Under the pieces are notes generated by a model. That model was given only the letters and a program-made list of their open reading frames with translations, was not told the DNA's origin and made no database searches. Shown here one piece after another: positions 7,873 to 17,427 of a DNA stretch of 60,489 nucleotides (positions within the stretch are counted from its first letter, which is position 1; every line of letters starts with the position of its first letter). The stretch lies in assembly GCA_964346405.1 (NCBI GenBank), contig CAYFVL010000002.1, positions 1 through 60,489 of the forward strand, given 5' to 3'. This DNA is from an uncultured Fibrobacterota bacterium. GTDB lineage: Bacteria; Fibrobacterota; Chitinivibrionia; Chitinivibrionales; CAYFVL01. The position numbers were made by a program, and so were the translations under genes.

Positions 7873-10758
7873 TTATCTCAGAATTATCTTTCTCCGACCG
7901 ACCTCGCGTCCATCAGCCGTGAGCTGCACGAAATAGACACCCGCGGCGCCGGCCTCGAGTTTTCGGGAGTATGTTGACAAAGCTGAAGCGACGCCGTCCG
8001 ATACGGTTCTGCCGTCGGGCTGAAAAATCGCAAACCGGAGAGGCTGATTCAGAGAATTTCGGAAAACCAGCGTACCCTCTTTGATCCGAATATGTATTTG
8101 TTTGAAAGATTGGGCACTCGGCGCTTTCGAGGTTCCGTAGCCGGGATGTGACGATGTTTCAACCGCATCCAACTGCACTCCCGCAGGGTTGTCGGGATCA
8201 ACGTCCAGCTCCGGCCAGACCGTTTCCCCGGCGCGTTGTCTTGCGATGATATCCCAATCCTGTTGGTAAGAACTTAGCTCCATTGAGCCGCAGTCCAACC
8301 ACATGATTATCCGCCGACGTTCCTCGTCGGTCAGTTGGACATCGTTGTGTTCGGGGTAGAGGTGCGGCAAAATTCGGGATGCTTTTGCGCCGAATTTCCC
8401 GGCTATGGTTCGAGAGCCGCCATGTTTGGAGCACAATTCATTCGGTTCCGTTGCATGAAAATAGAAAACGCGGTCTTTCAGATCTGATCCTCCGCCGCCT
8501 CCGCCGGCCCATTCAGTCCAACCGAACTCTCTGTTTTTACTCCAGTAATCGAATGAAATCCCTTTGCCTTTCTCCTCGTGGCATGGTGCACATTTCTGAT
8601 CAAATATCGGTTTGGCCAACTGATAGTAGTTGATCGGGCATGAGCCGTGAAAAGGTACTTCGAGTTTTGACGGATCTCGCCGCAATGCTTTCGGACTTCC
8701 CGGCAGCGTGGTACCTTTGAGTCTATCTTCATGACATCCCAGACAGCTCAAGTGTTCGCCGGGATGAACGTAGGTACCCGATCGCATAGACTGTATCGCC
8801 ATTCCCTCATCGTCGATAGCCTGGAAATAGATTTCTCGCTCAATTGGCGCCTCAAAATAGGCGCTCCCGTCGTCTTCTACGGGAACTTGCCCGAGGACGG
8901 CCCGCACAATACTCCCTTTGCCGTATCCACGCCATGGATCCCGCCATACGTATGACGACCACGGTTGGGGAATAAGCTGAACGATTCTGAGCTCCTTAAC
9001 CTTCTTTTCCTCAACGACACCCTCGGGCCATTCGAAATCCGATTCATACACGTTGAGAACACTGATCGTCGCCTTCGGGGCCTTGGATCGACGTTCGCCC
9101 TGGTAGGTCGTGGTCGGACGTACCGGCGGCCGTTCTCTTTTTCGGAGCGGCCTTGGATAACGTACCGGGACTTTGCGAAAAGAGCTTTGGTGAAGAGTAA
9201 CCATGTTGCCGAAGCGATCGCCCAGAACGACTCGATCGGTGTGGCCGGCCAGATAGAAGTCCTCGTTCAAAGGGTACGGCTCAAACAAACCGAATTCATC
9301 CGGTTTGCAGTTCGGGCACCAGGACCGGATCTTGTAGTTATCACGCTGGAAACATTCCCGGGGGAAAAATGTCTTGATTTGCGACATTTCATTATCATCG
9401 GGTATGCGGGTGTCTATAAGAATAACCTGTCCGCACGGGGAGGTATGATGGCCGGTTTCCACCGCCATGTATTTCGGGGATTCAGGAATAGCCCGGATCG
9501 CCTGCTCCGCCCAGGGGCGATAACTATTGTGACCGTTAGCACAAAATTCATTGCCGTGTTGCTCGCGGTAGACGGGTAAAGGGTAGTTTCCATGCGGGGC
9601 TCGCGGATCGGTTCCGTCGGGACCGCATATCCACATATGGTGCGCGGCGTTGAAATCCCGGTCTATGTAGTCCCATCTCGTGTAAACGATGCCTCCGTCG
9701 TTGGTAACGCTTGGATAGAGATCGCTTGTCTCGTGCCAACTGAGGCATATCAGATCCTGGCCGTTGTCTTTAACAGAATACAGGGTTCCAATCGGTGTGG
9801 GACCGCCGATTCGTTCATTTCCACAGCGGACGCCGGCATGCCGGCGCTCGGATATAAAAGCGATTCTTCCATTCGGGAGCCAGCAGGGATGGTAATCGTT
9901 GAATTTGTCGCTGTCGGTGAGTTGGATCAGGTTGGATCCGTCAAGGTTCATCTGGAACAGGTGAAACGTGCTCTCTTCCGACCGGTTTCGTAAGTCGCCG
10001 CGCCCCCTGTACTTCTTGTCGCAATTCTGAACCCATGAGAAAACGATGCGGTCCGCATCAAAATCCAGATCCAAAGAATTGTAAGCGCATTTGCCGTCCC
10101 ACTCAGAATTTTTGTTACTGAGGCTTTTCCCTTCGTACCGTCCGTTGGTAACCGAAGCATCGGCGAGGATATCCTTCTGTTGAACGGCGTTGGTTTTGTA
10201 TCCTGAAGCGATATATATCCCCGCTTCCGAATCCTCTTGCGCCTCATGTCCCCAATCATTGTTTGGAATGATACCATAGTTCCCAATATATCCGCAGAAG
10301 AGAATGGTATCGAAATCGAGCACCGGATTTTGAAGAGCTATTTCTCGACGGATTCGGCATATTTCGTCAAAGGTCGCGCGGCTTGTGTCGGTCATTGCCG
10401 AAACCTCGGTCTCGAGACTATTCAGTCGGGTACGAAGCTTTTCCAATGTATCCGTTGGGGAATCGGCTGCAAGATACCTCAACAAAGCGGACGCGCGTCG
10501 GAAGACAACCTGTGACGGGGTAGTCTCATTTTCCAGGATCAGTACATTGGTATCGACCACCGTTTCCCGGTTGTTGTCCCGGATTCTTTGTCCATTCTTG
10601 CCGTATTCGACCAACTGGACCTGCAGCGCCTGGAATTCCTTCTGCCGGTATTTGGCAAGTTCGATATTTTCGGCGACACTCCCAAAAATAAAAAGAAGAA
10701 CAGGCATTGCCTTCTTCAGGATCGATACCCGGACTCCTCGTCGTTTTACGCCCGCCAT
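7873..10758 (-). CDS. Secreted beta-propeller / di-heme c (2x CXXCH) protein with T9SS C-terminal domain (HzsA-like architecture), paralog P1
   Basis: The ORF is open to 10854, but ATG 10758 has a GGGAGA RBS and starts a signal-like MAGVKRRGVRVSILKKAMPVLLFIFGS. Motifs: WLPNGRIAFISE, SWHETSDLYPSVTNDGGIVYTRWDYIDRD, DGTDPRAPHGNYP, HLSCLGCHEDR, KCAPCHEEKG. Tail: GVYFVQLTADGREVGRRKIILR. Confidence 0.8.
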   Translation of the reverse strand: MAGVKRRGVRVSILKKAMPVLLFIFGSVAENIELAKYRQKEFQALQVQLVEYGKNGQRIRDNNRETVVDTNVLILENETTPSQVVFRRASALLRYLAADSPTDTLEKLRTRLNSLETEVSAMTDTSRATFDEICRIRREIALQNPVLDFDTILFCGYIGNYGIIPNNDWGHEAQEDSEAGIYIASGYKTNAVQQKDILADASVTNGRYEGKSLSNKNSEWDGKCAYNSLDLDFDADRIVFSWVQNCDKKYRGRGDLRNRSEESTFHLFQMNLDGSNLIQLTDSDKFNDYHPCWLPNGRIAFISERRHAGVRCGNERIGGPTPIGTLYSVKDNGQDLICLSWHETSDLYPSVTNDGGIVYTRWDYIDRDFNAAHHMWICGPDGTDPRAPHGNYPLPVYREQHGNEFCANGHNSYRPWAEQAIRAIPESPKYMAVETGHHTSPCGQVILIDTRIPDDNEMSQIKTFFPRECFQRDNYKIRSWCPNCKPDEFGLFEPYPLNEDFYLAGHTDRVVLGDRFGNMVTLHQSSFRKVPVRYPRPLRKRERPPVRPTTTYQGERRSKAPKATISVLNVYESDFEWPEGVVEEKKVKELRIVQLIPQPWSSYVWRDPWRGYGKGSIVRAVLGQVPVEDDGSAYFEAPIEREIYFQAIDDEGMAIQSMRSGTYVHPGEHLSCLGCHEDRLKGTTLPGSPKALRRDPSKLEVPFHGSCPINYYQLAKPIFDQKCAPCHEEKGKGISFDYWSKNREFGWTEWAGGGGGGSDLKDRVFYFHATEPNELCSKHGGSRTIAGKFGAKASRILPHLYPEHNDVQLTDEERRRIIMWLDCGSMELSSYQQDWDIIARQRAGETVWPELDVDPDNPAGVQLDAVETSSHPGYGTSKAPSAQSFKQIHIRIKEGTLVFRNSLNQPLRFAIFQPDGRTVSDGVASALSTYSRKLEAGAAGVYFVQLTADGREVGRRKIILR

Positions 10759-10927
10759 ATGAGTCTCCCTTTGGCCTGTGTTTGCATGTCCGCTTAGGAT
10801 TAAAGTAGAGCGAAAAACAGAAACCGGAGAAGAAATTGCGTGTCTTTTCTGCATTGTGCTTTCTTTGCTTTCGCGGTCGGAAGAACGGTGCCCGGCCCTT
10901 AAGTCGCGTCAAGGCCGACCGATCGTC

Positions 10928-11005
10928 TTAACCCAGGTTTCGCAGTCAAGATCGTGCAACAGCTTACGCAGAATGCCGTGAGTCGATTGCGAAACCTGGG
11001 TTAGC
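10928..11005. mobile_element. MITE family 1, minimal 78-bp copy
   Basis: Perfect 16-bp terminal inverted repeats TAACCCAGGTTTCGCA / TGCGAAACCTGGGTTA. The outermost TA at each end may be a duplicated target. Confidence 0.8.
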
Positions 11006-11177
11006 GAAGCCGGTTGAAGAGTGGGCGGTTGAAACCCACGGATCAGGGGGCGAGGCGCCGCCCGCCCAACGTCTCTGGAAGCGGATCGCGGTTCAACTAA
11101 TAAACGTGTGCGAATCCGAATGCTGTTGGCATGGCACGATATGGTCCGGAAATCAAATCGCGGAGATTACCGTCAGG

Positions 11178-12083
11178 CTAAGTCCTCTTGTTGTTACAAC
11201 GGTTCATCTTTCGATACGATCCCGGCTGTGTGCCGGTATATTTTTTAAAACAGGTTGCAAAATACTGGCTGCTTTCAAATCCGGTTTCCAGAGCAATAGC
11301 GGTAATTGGCATTGTGGTATTGGCAAGCAGTGACTGCGCTTTTCTGATTCGAATACGCATCAAATAATCCCCGGGGGTAAAACCGGTAGCGTTTTTGAAT
11401 ATGGTATGCAGCCGCCCTCCTGAAATGCCCGCTAAGGAAGCCAATTCCTCGATTCTGATAGTGTTCTGCAAATTTCTATCCATGTAATCGATTATTCGTT
11501 GTATGCGTTTCCCCACCTGCCGCTTATTTCCCCCCTGCCGAATAGTAATTGCAACCCGGCTGATGATATAGTTAAGCAGATTTCGCATGCCAAATAGGAG
11601 TATCCGGTCGACACGGTCCGGGGGAACACCGGCGACCTCATGAAGCAAACTGTACAGCATGTATAACGGGCCGGTCAGCTCTTCGCCGCCATACCAAACA
11701 TTATTTCCCGCACTTCCAAAGATCCTGGATAGTTCGATATTCTCATCCTCGCTGAATCCCGTATCGAGTTGAGCTACTTCTTCGATATTCAAAACGAGCC
11801 AGAAAATCGAGGCCGCCTCAATGATATCCATCCTGCCGTGATGGATAACCTTTGGTTGTATCAAGGCAAAGTCACCACCCTCAAGAACAAGGGGGGATCC
11901 GTCTCCAAGCTCCCATGACACGCCTCCCTTGATTACAAAAGTTATTTCGTGACCATCATGCGTATGTGACGAGAGACGACGGCTTTTCGAGGGAGGGACA
12001 TAGAACCCGGTGCGGATTATCATTGGCAACCCGAACTTACGACCCAGGATTTCGATTCTGCCGGGAGTATAGGAATACTTCAT
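11178..12083 (-). CDS. AraC-family transcriptional regulator (cupin sensor plus HTH)
   Basis: 301-aa ORF. The C-terminal HTH_18-like segment is IEELASLAGISGGRLHTIFKNATGFTPGDYLMRIRIRKAQSLL...IALETGFESSQYFATCFKKYTGTQPGSYR. Confidence 0.85.
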   Translation of the reverse strand: MKYSYTPGRIEILGRKFGLPMIIRTGFYVPPSKSRRLSSHTHDGHEITFVIKGGVSWELGDGSPLVLEGGDFALIQPKVIHHGRMDIIEAASIFWLVLNIEEVAQLDTGFSEDENIELSRIFGSAGNNVWYGGEELTGPLYMLYSLLHEVAGVPPDRVDRILLFGMRNLLNYIISRVAITIRQGGNKRQVGKRIQRIIDYMDRNLQNTIRIEELASLAGISGGRLHTIFKNATGFTPGDYLMRIRIRKAQSLLANTTMPITAIALETGFESSQYFATCFKKYTGTQPGSYRKMNRCNNKRT

Positions 12084-12361
12084 ATGTTCAAAATAATTAT
12101 GGGGACAAGATTGAACGCAGACCGGGTTCCCTTATGCTAAGTTACCTTAAGACTGGGCGCCTCGTGCAGCAACATAATACATCTCCTATTCAGAATCCGG
12201 TGGTAAAATCAATGAGAACGATCGGGTAGTTTCGTGCCGCGGAACCGAAATTGACGCCGGCTCAGCTCAGTTAGGCTGGAACCGGGACCACGGAACGGTA
12301 GTTTTCGAAAGGCAACCACACAGGTGTGAACAGGTGATTACATAATTAAAGGGGAAATGGT

Positions 12362-15298
12362 ATGAAAAAGCCGATGTCTGCGATGAGGATTTCGAAATGG
12401 TGGATTGCCATGGCCGTGATTCTCGGAAATTTGTTTTCGGTTTCGTCTCAAGCCGCGGAAGACATGAGCGACCGTTTGCAAGAGCATTGGAAATCGGACC
12501 GGGAGCAGCTCAGGTATCAGCTTGAGAAACGGTCAAGACTTTCCGAACGCGCCAATGCGTCGCGACTGGAGGAATTTCCCGAAGACATTCACGCCCTGGT
12601 TCTCGACGACGATCAGACTCCCACCGACCTGGTGCTGCGACGAACTCGCGCGCTGCTTAACCATATCCGGCAAATGTCGAACCCACCGGATCTGTCTCAG
12701 CTCGGTTCAGAGCTTACCGAACTCGAAAGTCGTTTGCAGCATGATGATACCGAAGAAGGTTTCTTTGAGGCTTGTGCGTTGCGTAGAAGAATCGCCATGA
12801 ACAACCCGCTTCTTGATTTCGAGGAAATTCTTTTCTCGGGATTTGCCGCGGGCGAATGGCTCATTGATATAGGCAATGTCGCAAATAACGCTGTCCGCGC
12901 TCCAGATGCCGGTCTCTACAAAGTTGGGGGGTTCAAGTCGGGAAATGCAACGGTTACAGACCTTCTTGAAGATGCTGTGGTACAGTCTGGACCGTACGAT
13001 ACCTACAAAGGAAAAACGTTAAGCAACAAGAACCCGGAATGGGGGGGGAATGCGCTTTTTCATTGTCCCGCCCTTTCCTATGATGGAACCGAAGTGGTCT
13101 TCTCGTGGGCGCCGGATATCCAGGGAACACGTACGGGCAGAGCCCCGAATAAACAGTTTGTGCTGTTCAAGATGAATCTGGACGGTACCGGTTTAACCCA
13201 GCTCACCGAGCATCCCTGGGCTAATGTCTACCACCCCTGCTGGCTCCCCAGTGGACGAATTGTGTTTATTTCTGAAGAACTTGACAGAGCGGCCCGGTGC
13301 GGCGCCAATGATCTTGGCGGTAATCTTTTTTCAATGAAGCCCGATGGGAGCGATTTGTTTCCTCTCAGTTGGCATGAGACGGATGAAATATACCCGAGCG
13401 TGGACAATAACGGATTGATCGTCTACACCCGCTGGGATTATGTTGATCGGAAGTTTTCCACCGGGCAGCACTTGTGGACATGCTATCCCGACGGCAGGGA
13501 TCCGCGCGCTCCCCATGGGAATTACGGCAGACCGGGAGATCCCGATTGCGAGGTAGCTATACGAGCTATTCCGGGCACACAGGGATTATACTCGGCCATT
13601 GAGACAGGGCATCACTCCTGCTACTTTGGGAATTTAGTAATTATCGATACCCGCAAAAACGAGAATGTCGAACAACCGATGCATCACTTCTGGCCCGGTA
13701 CCAAAGACCATGGTGATAAGGGATTTAATCGCGGTGCGACCTCGCCCGATGTGAAGGTAGAACTGGACAGATTCTATCTCGAGCCATGGCCGTTGAGCAA
13801 GGAATTCCACATTGTAACCTTGATCGGAAAGGTCCTCTTGGTTGACCGGTTTCGCAACGAGATTCTTCTGTATGATGCCGGTTCGCTGCTGGGAGAGCGA
13901 ATTCCCGCACGCTTCCCCCAGCCGGTGAAGGCGCGCCCAAAACCAACCTCGATTCCGGTGCAAACGTACCAGGGAGAACGCCGCAAAGATTCGCCGAAGG
14001 CGACTATATCCGTACAGAATGTCTATGAAGCCGATTTCGAGTGGCCCGAGGGAACAAAAATCACTCAGTTGAGGGTCGTTCAGATCATACCCAAGGCCTG
14101 GTCCCTTCGGAGTGGCCATAATGATGCCATGATCGGTTACAGCGACGGCGGCATTCCGCGCCTGGCCCTGGGTGTCGTGCCGGTCGAGGAAGACGGAAGC
14201 GCCTATTTCGAAGCACCGATCGAGTGCGAGATTTACTTCCAGGCCTTGAACGAAAAAGGTATGGCGGTGCAGACGATGCGCAGCGGGACCTATGTCCACC
14301 CCGGGGAACACCTGAGCTGTCTTGGATGCCACGAAGACAGGTGGTCGGCCACCCCGGTAGCAGGCACACCGAAAGCTTTGACCCGGGAGCCGTCAAAGCT
14401 GGAGCCGGAACCGGAAGGGTCTTGTCCCCTTTCGTACGCTCGACTAGTCCGTATCCCGGTATTTGAAAAGAAATGTGCTCCCTGTCACCAGGACAGTGGA
14501 AAAGGGATCAGCTTTGGCTACTGGAAAGACATGACCTGCCCTGAATATAAAGAAGCACATGGCTTGCCGAAAGCGAAAGGAATAAGCCCTCAATATACAC
14601 CTGGTGATATTGAGAGATTTGTCAGGTGGCATTTTGCCAGTGCAAGTAATGGTGCTTGCGAATGGACAAAGGCGAACGGCATCGGATGGGGGAAACCATA
14701 TAAAATAGAAAACAACACCCTTGGGTATGAAAGAGAGGAGTGGTATACGAAACCCGGGACTTTTGGAGCTCTGGCGTCCAAACTGAAAAATCATCTCACT
14801 CCCGAACACCACGATGTACAACTAACCGAGGAAGAATTCAGACGAGTGGTTGTCTGGATGGATCTTAACGCGTTGAATCTTTCGAGCAATTATCCCGATA
14901 AAGAAGTGCAGGCTCGACAGGAAGCCGGTGAAATAGTCTGGCCGTATATCGATGTCGACCCCAGTAATCCCACTAGAGTACAGTTGGACGGAAATGGCAC
15001 ATATGCAAAATCGCCGCGGAATGCACGGCAGGCGGGCATACACACCGGTTCGGCTTCACTGAGGATTCGCCGGCTTGGCGGACGAATAATTGTCGAGAAT
15101 GCCGCCTCGGGACCGATGGTCGTGAAAATGTACAATTCGCTTGGCCGAACCAGTGAGATAATCCGGACCCAGGCACGTGGAGCCGGACAAACAACTATTC
15201 CGGTAGGCCTCAGGACGGGAGGAGTCTATATCATCTCCGTCGAGCAACAGGATCGTCGGGGAACTATTCACTTCGTGGCGAACGGCAGCGAACAGTGA
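12362..15298 (+). CDS. Secreted beta-propeller / di-heme c protein with T9SS C-terminal domain, paralog P2
   Basis: 978-aa ORF with RBS AAAGGGG before the ATG and signal peptide MKKPMSAMRISKWWIAMAVILGNLFSVSSQA. It shares the P1 motifs, including HLSCLGCHEDR and KCAPCHQDSG. Tail: GGVYIISVEQQDRRGTIHFV. Confidence 0.85.
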   Translation: MKKPMSAMRISKWWIAMAVILGNLFSVSSQAAEDMSDRLQEHWKSDREQLRYQLEKRSRLSERANASRLEEFPEDIHALVLDDDQTPTDLVLRRTRALLNHIRQMSNPPDLSQLGSELTELESRLQHDDTEEGFFEACALRRRIAMNNPLLDFEEILFSGFAAGEWLIDIGNVANNAVRAPDAGLYKVGGFKSGNATVTDLLEDAVVQSGPYDTYKGKTLSNKNPEWGGNALFHCPALSYDGTEVVFSWAPDIQGTRTGRAPNKQFVLFKMNLDGTGLTQLTEHPWANVYHPCWLPSGRIVFISEELDRAARCGANDLGGNLFSMKPDGSDLFPLSWHETDEIYPSVDNNGLIVYTRWDYVDRKFSTGQHLWTCYPDGRDPRAPHGNYGRPGDPDCEVAIRAIPGTQGLYSAIETGHHSCYFGNLVIIDTRKNENVEQPMHHFWPGTKDHGDKGFNRGATSPDVKVELDRFYLEPWPLSKEFHIVTLIGKVLLVDRFRNEILLYDAGSLLGERIPARFPQPVKARPKPTSIPVQTYQGERRKDSPKATISVQNVYEADFEWPEGTKITQLRVVQIIPKAWSLRSGHNDAMIGYSDGGIPRLALGVVPVEEDGSAYFEAPIECEIYFQALNEKGMAVQTMRSGTYVHPGEHLSCLGCHEDRWSATPVAGTPKALTREPSKLEPEPEGSCPLSYARLVRIPVFEKKCAPCHQDSGKGISFGYWKDMTCPEYKEAHGLPKAKGISPQYTPGDIERFVRWHFASASNGACEWTKANGIGWGKPYKIENNTLGYEREEWYTKPGTFGALASKLKNHLTPEHHDVQLTEEEFRRVVVWMDLNALNLSSNYPDKEVQARQEAGEIVWPYIDVDPSNPTRVQLDGNGTYAKSPRNARQAGIHTGSASLRIRRLGGRIIVENAASGPMVVKMYNSLGRTSEIIRTQARGAGQTTIPVGLRTGGVYIISVEQQDRRGTIHFVANGSEQ

Positions 15299-15405
15299 TA
15301 ACCGAACAGCATTGAGTTTCGGCCGCCTCTGTCCATGCAAAGCATAGCGCAAGCCGACTACGGATAAGTTACACCTACTACGTGATTACGCGAAGGAAAC
15401 AAACA

Positions 15406-15582
15406 TTAACCCAAGTTTCGCAGTCGAGAGACGCCGTACCGCGCTGCACCTGAGCGGTGTCGAAGTGAGCGAAGCGTTGCATTGCGCTGCATTGCGGTGT
15501 CGAAGTGAGCGGTGTCGAAGTGAGCGGTGTCGAAATGTCGAGAGCGAGCATTATGCGTAAGATGTTGTGCGAGATTGACTTA
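15406..15582. mobile_element. MITE family 1 copy (177 bp) with internal 15-bp microrepeats
   Basis: The left end TTAACCCAAGTTTCGCAGTCGAGAGACGCCGTACCG is the reverse complement of the right ends at 37783 and 44900. GGTGTCGAAGTGAGC is repeated at 15456, 15496 and 15511, with a partial copy at 15526. The other end carries the variant terminus GTGCGAGATTGACTTA, also seen at 56079-56094. Confidence 0.75.
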
Positions 15583-15761
15583 GAAAAAGCGCAGGGGTAT
15601 CCGGGGAGATACCTTGAGTCCGGCCCGGCGGGACCGTGAGTTGGTTGCGAAACTTGAAACTAATTTCAGCGGTTGGGTAAAACAGTCTTAGCCGGTAAGA
15701 TTTTCGCGAATAGGGGCCTTGAAGGACGCTCTTGCGGATAATGCATCGTGAGCACATGCAT

Positions 15762-17183
15762 TCAGCGACCGTGCGTGCGATCCCGGCAGATTCCTACCGA
15801 CCCACGATCGACCACGAAGCTTCGGCATGGTATATCGGGCCGGGGTGAACGACAATGAACGGGCAGAATACCATAGAGTAAGTGAAATGCCGCGTATCCC
15901 AGGTAACTGTAGCCGAAATCGACCGAAGAAATCCCCAGAGTGAAACTCCATGACGAATTGTCGAAGGTCAACAGGGAAATCCGGTCGGGAATAGTAATGC
16001 CGTTTTCCTGCAGGAGTCGAGCATAATGGATTGCATGCAGATCATTCAACGCGAGGATACAGGTAGTCGATTTGAGGACCGTGATCAGTTCGGGAAGTAC
16101 GGATCGGGAGATCTCCGGCAGATTCCCCGAAGACACGGACGAAAAAACGGGGGTAATGGTGATCCCGAAATAGCTTGATCGTTTCTGGAGGATCCTGAGT
16201 CGTCTCATTTGCCAGCCGGAGGGATTCTTATCGAGAACCGGACACGCCGCTGCACGATGTCCCCTTCGGGCAATGTGTTGAAGCGCCGCCTCGGCGATGC
16301 TGTTTTCGCAGTAGTGTAGTCGCACGATGTTCTCCGATACGGGGCGACCGGGAATGCCGATATCCTCCGGATCAAAACAGACGACCGGTCTCCGAAATCT
16401 TTCCAGAAATGAAAACCATCCGTCGAATTTCGCGATGTGCTTTTCTGTTATGCAGGCCAGTACGCCGAGATACTGCGCTCCACAATGCTCCATCAGTCGC
16501 CGTGCTCCCTCAAAACCATGGTACCCCGCGGTGAGACCGACCCCCTGATGGGTGTAGAGCGGCACGATGCGAGTATTGTACCGCCGCACTTCTTCCTGAA
16601 AAGAGAAGGAGAACGAATGTGTCAGTACGGAAGAGGAGACCGAGCGCCAGTTGCTTGGACGTTCAACCAGAAGAATGATTACCGGCGAATCACTCGAGGT
16701 GGCGTTGCCCGGTGAAGGGGCCGGGCACGGCGGTGGTCCGAAAAACCGTCTTTTCCCCAGTCGATGGATTATCCGACGCTGCTCCAGATGATCCAATGCC
16801 TTTATGGCCGTCTTACGGGTGACACGGTACTCTTCCGTAATCGCGGATACTTTCGGTAAAATCTGTCCCGTCCTCAGATCGTGCTCCAAAAATGCCTGCT
16901 CCAACTGCATTGAGGTACGCTTCCACGACGGAACTCGCACGGGAGAGGCATCCGGCCCGGGGCGTTGTCCCGCGATTTCCATTGCCCGGCCCCGGAAATA
17001 AACAAGAAGACCTTCCGAACGAAGCAGACCGGCTGCGCGGGAAATGGTGGGCAAGGACACCCCGTATTTGGCAGCAAGCCTGCGGAGTGGCGGAAGACGG
17101 TATCCCTCGGAAACGGCAATTTCGTTGCGCAGGCATTCCGTGGCATATCGGAGTGCCGGTCTCTGGTTGGGTGATTCATTCAT
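15762..17183 (-). CDS. Double-wHTH (GntR-like) plus LacI/PBP1-type regulator (paralog 2 of 5)
   Basis: 473-aa ORF. HTH segments are LRRLAAKYGVSLPTISRAAGLLRSEGLLV and KVSAITEEYRVTRKTAIKALDHLEQRRII. The C-terminal signature is IPDRISLLTFDN. Confidence 0.75.
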   Translation of the reverse strand: MNESPNQRPALRYATECLRNEIAVSEGYRLPPLRRLAAKYGVSLPTISRAAGLLRSEGLLVYFRGRAMEIAGQRPGPDASPVRVPSWKRTSMQLEQAFLEHDLRTGQILPKVSAITEEYRVTRKTAIKALDHLEQRRIIHRLGKRRFFGPPPCPAPSPGNATSSDSPVIILLVERPSNWRSVSSSVLTHSFSFSFQEEVRRYNTRIVPLYTHQGVGLTAGYHGFEGARRLMEHCGAQYLGVLACITEKHIAKFDGWFSFLERFRRPVVCFDPEDIGIPGRPVSENIVRLHYCENSIAEAALQHIARRGHRAAACPVLDKNPSGWQMRRLRILQKRSSYFGITITPVFSSVSSGNLPEISRSVLPELITVLKSTTCILALNDLHAIHYARLLQENGITIPDRISLLTFDNSSWSFTLGISSVDFGYSYLGYAAFHLLYGILPVHCRSPRPDIPCRSFVVDRGSVGICRDRTHGR

Positions 17184-17427
17184 GCAGTACTTCGCCCGTT
17201 CTGGTGTTGATGGTACAATTTTAACACTTCGGATACACAGGATACTGTTAATATAGATGAATGGCGGAATTCTGCCGTATATTTCACGGGTATAGCATAC
17301 CTGTCGGCCGGCACGAACCGAACCTGCTGTCCGTGTCGTCCCGGAGTATCGTTTTCAGTTACATATGCCGCGTCCGACGCAGGGCTGAGCCGGAAACACG
17401 GGGCGGGCGTTGAAAAGGGGTGGAGTA

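Noticed and set aside
7873-10758. Calling the P-family proteins hydrazine synthase, or the locus anammox-related.
   Set aside because: Only the overall layout of propeller plus two CXXCH resembles HzsA. No HzsB/HzsC-like partners, hydrazine dehydrogenase or other anammox genes are present, and the context is glycan degradation with T9SS export.
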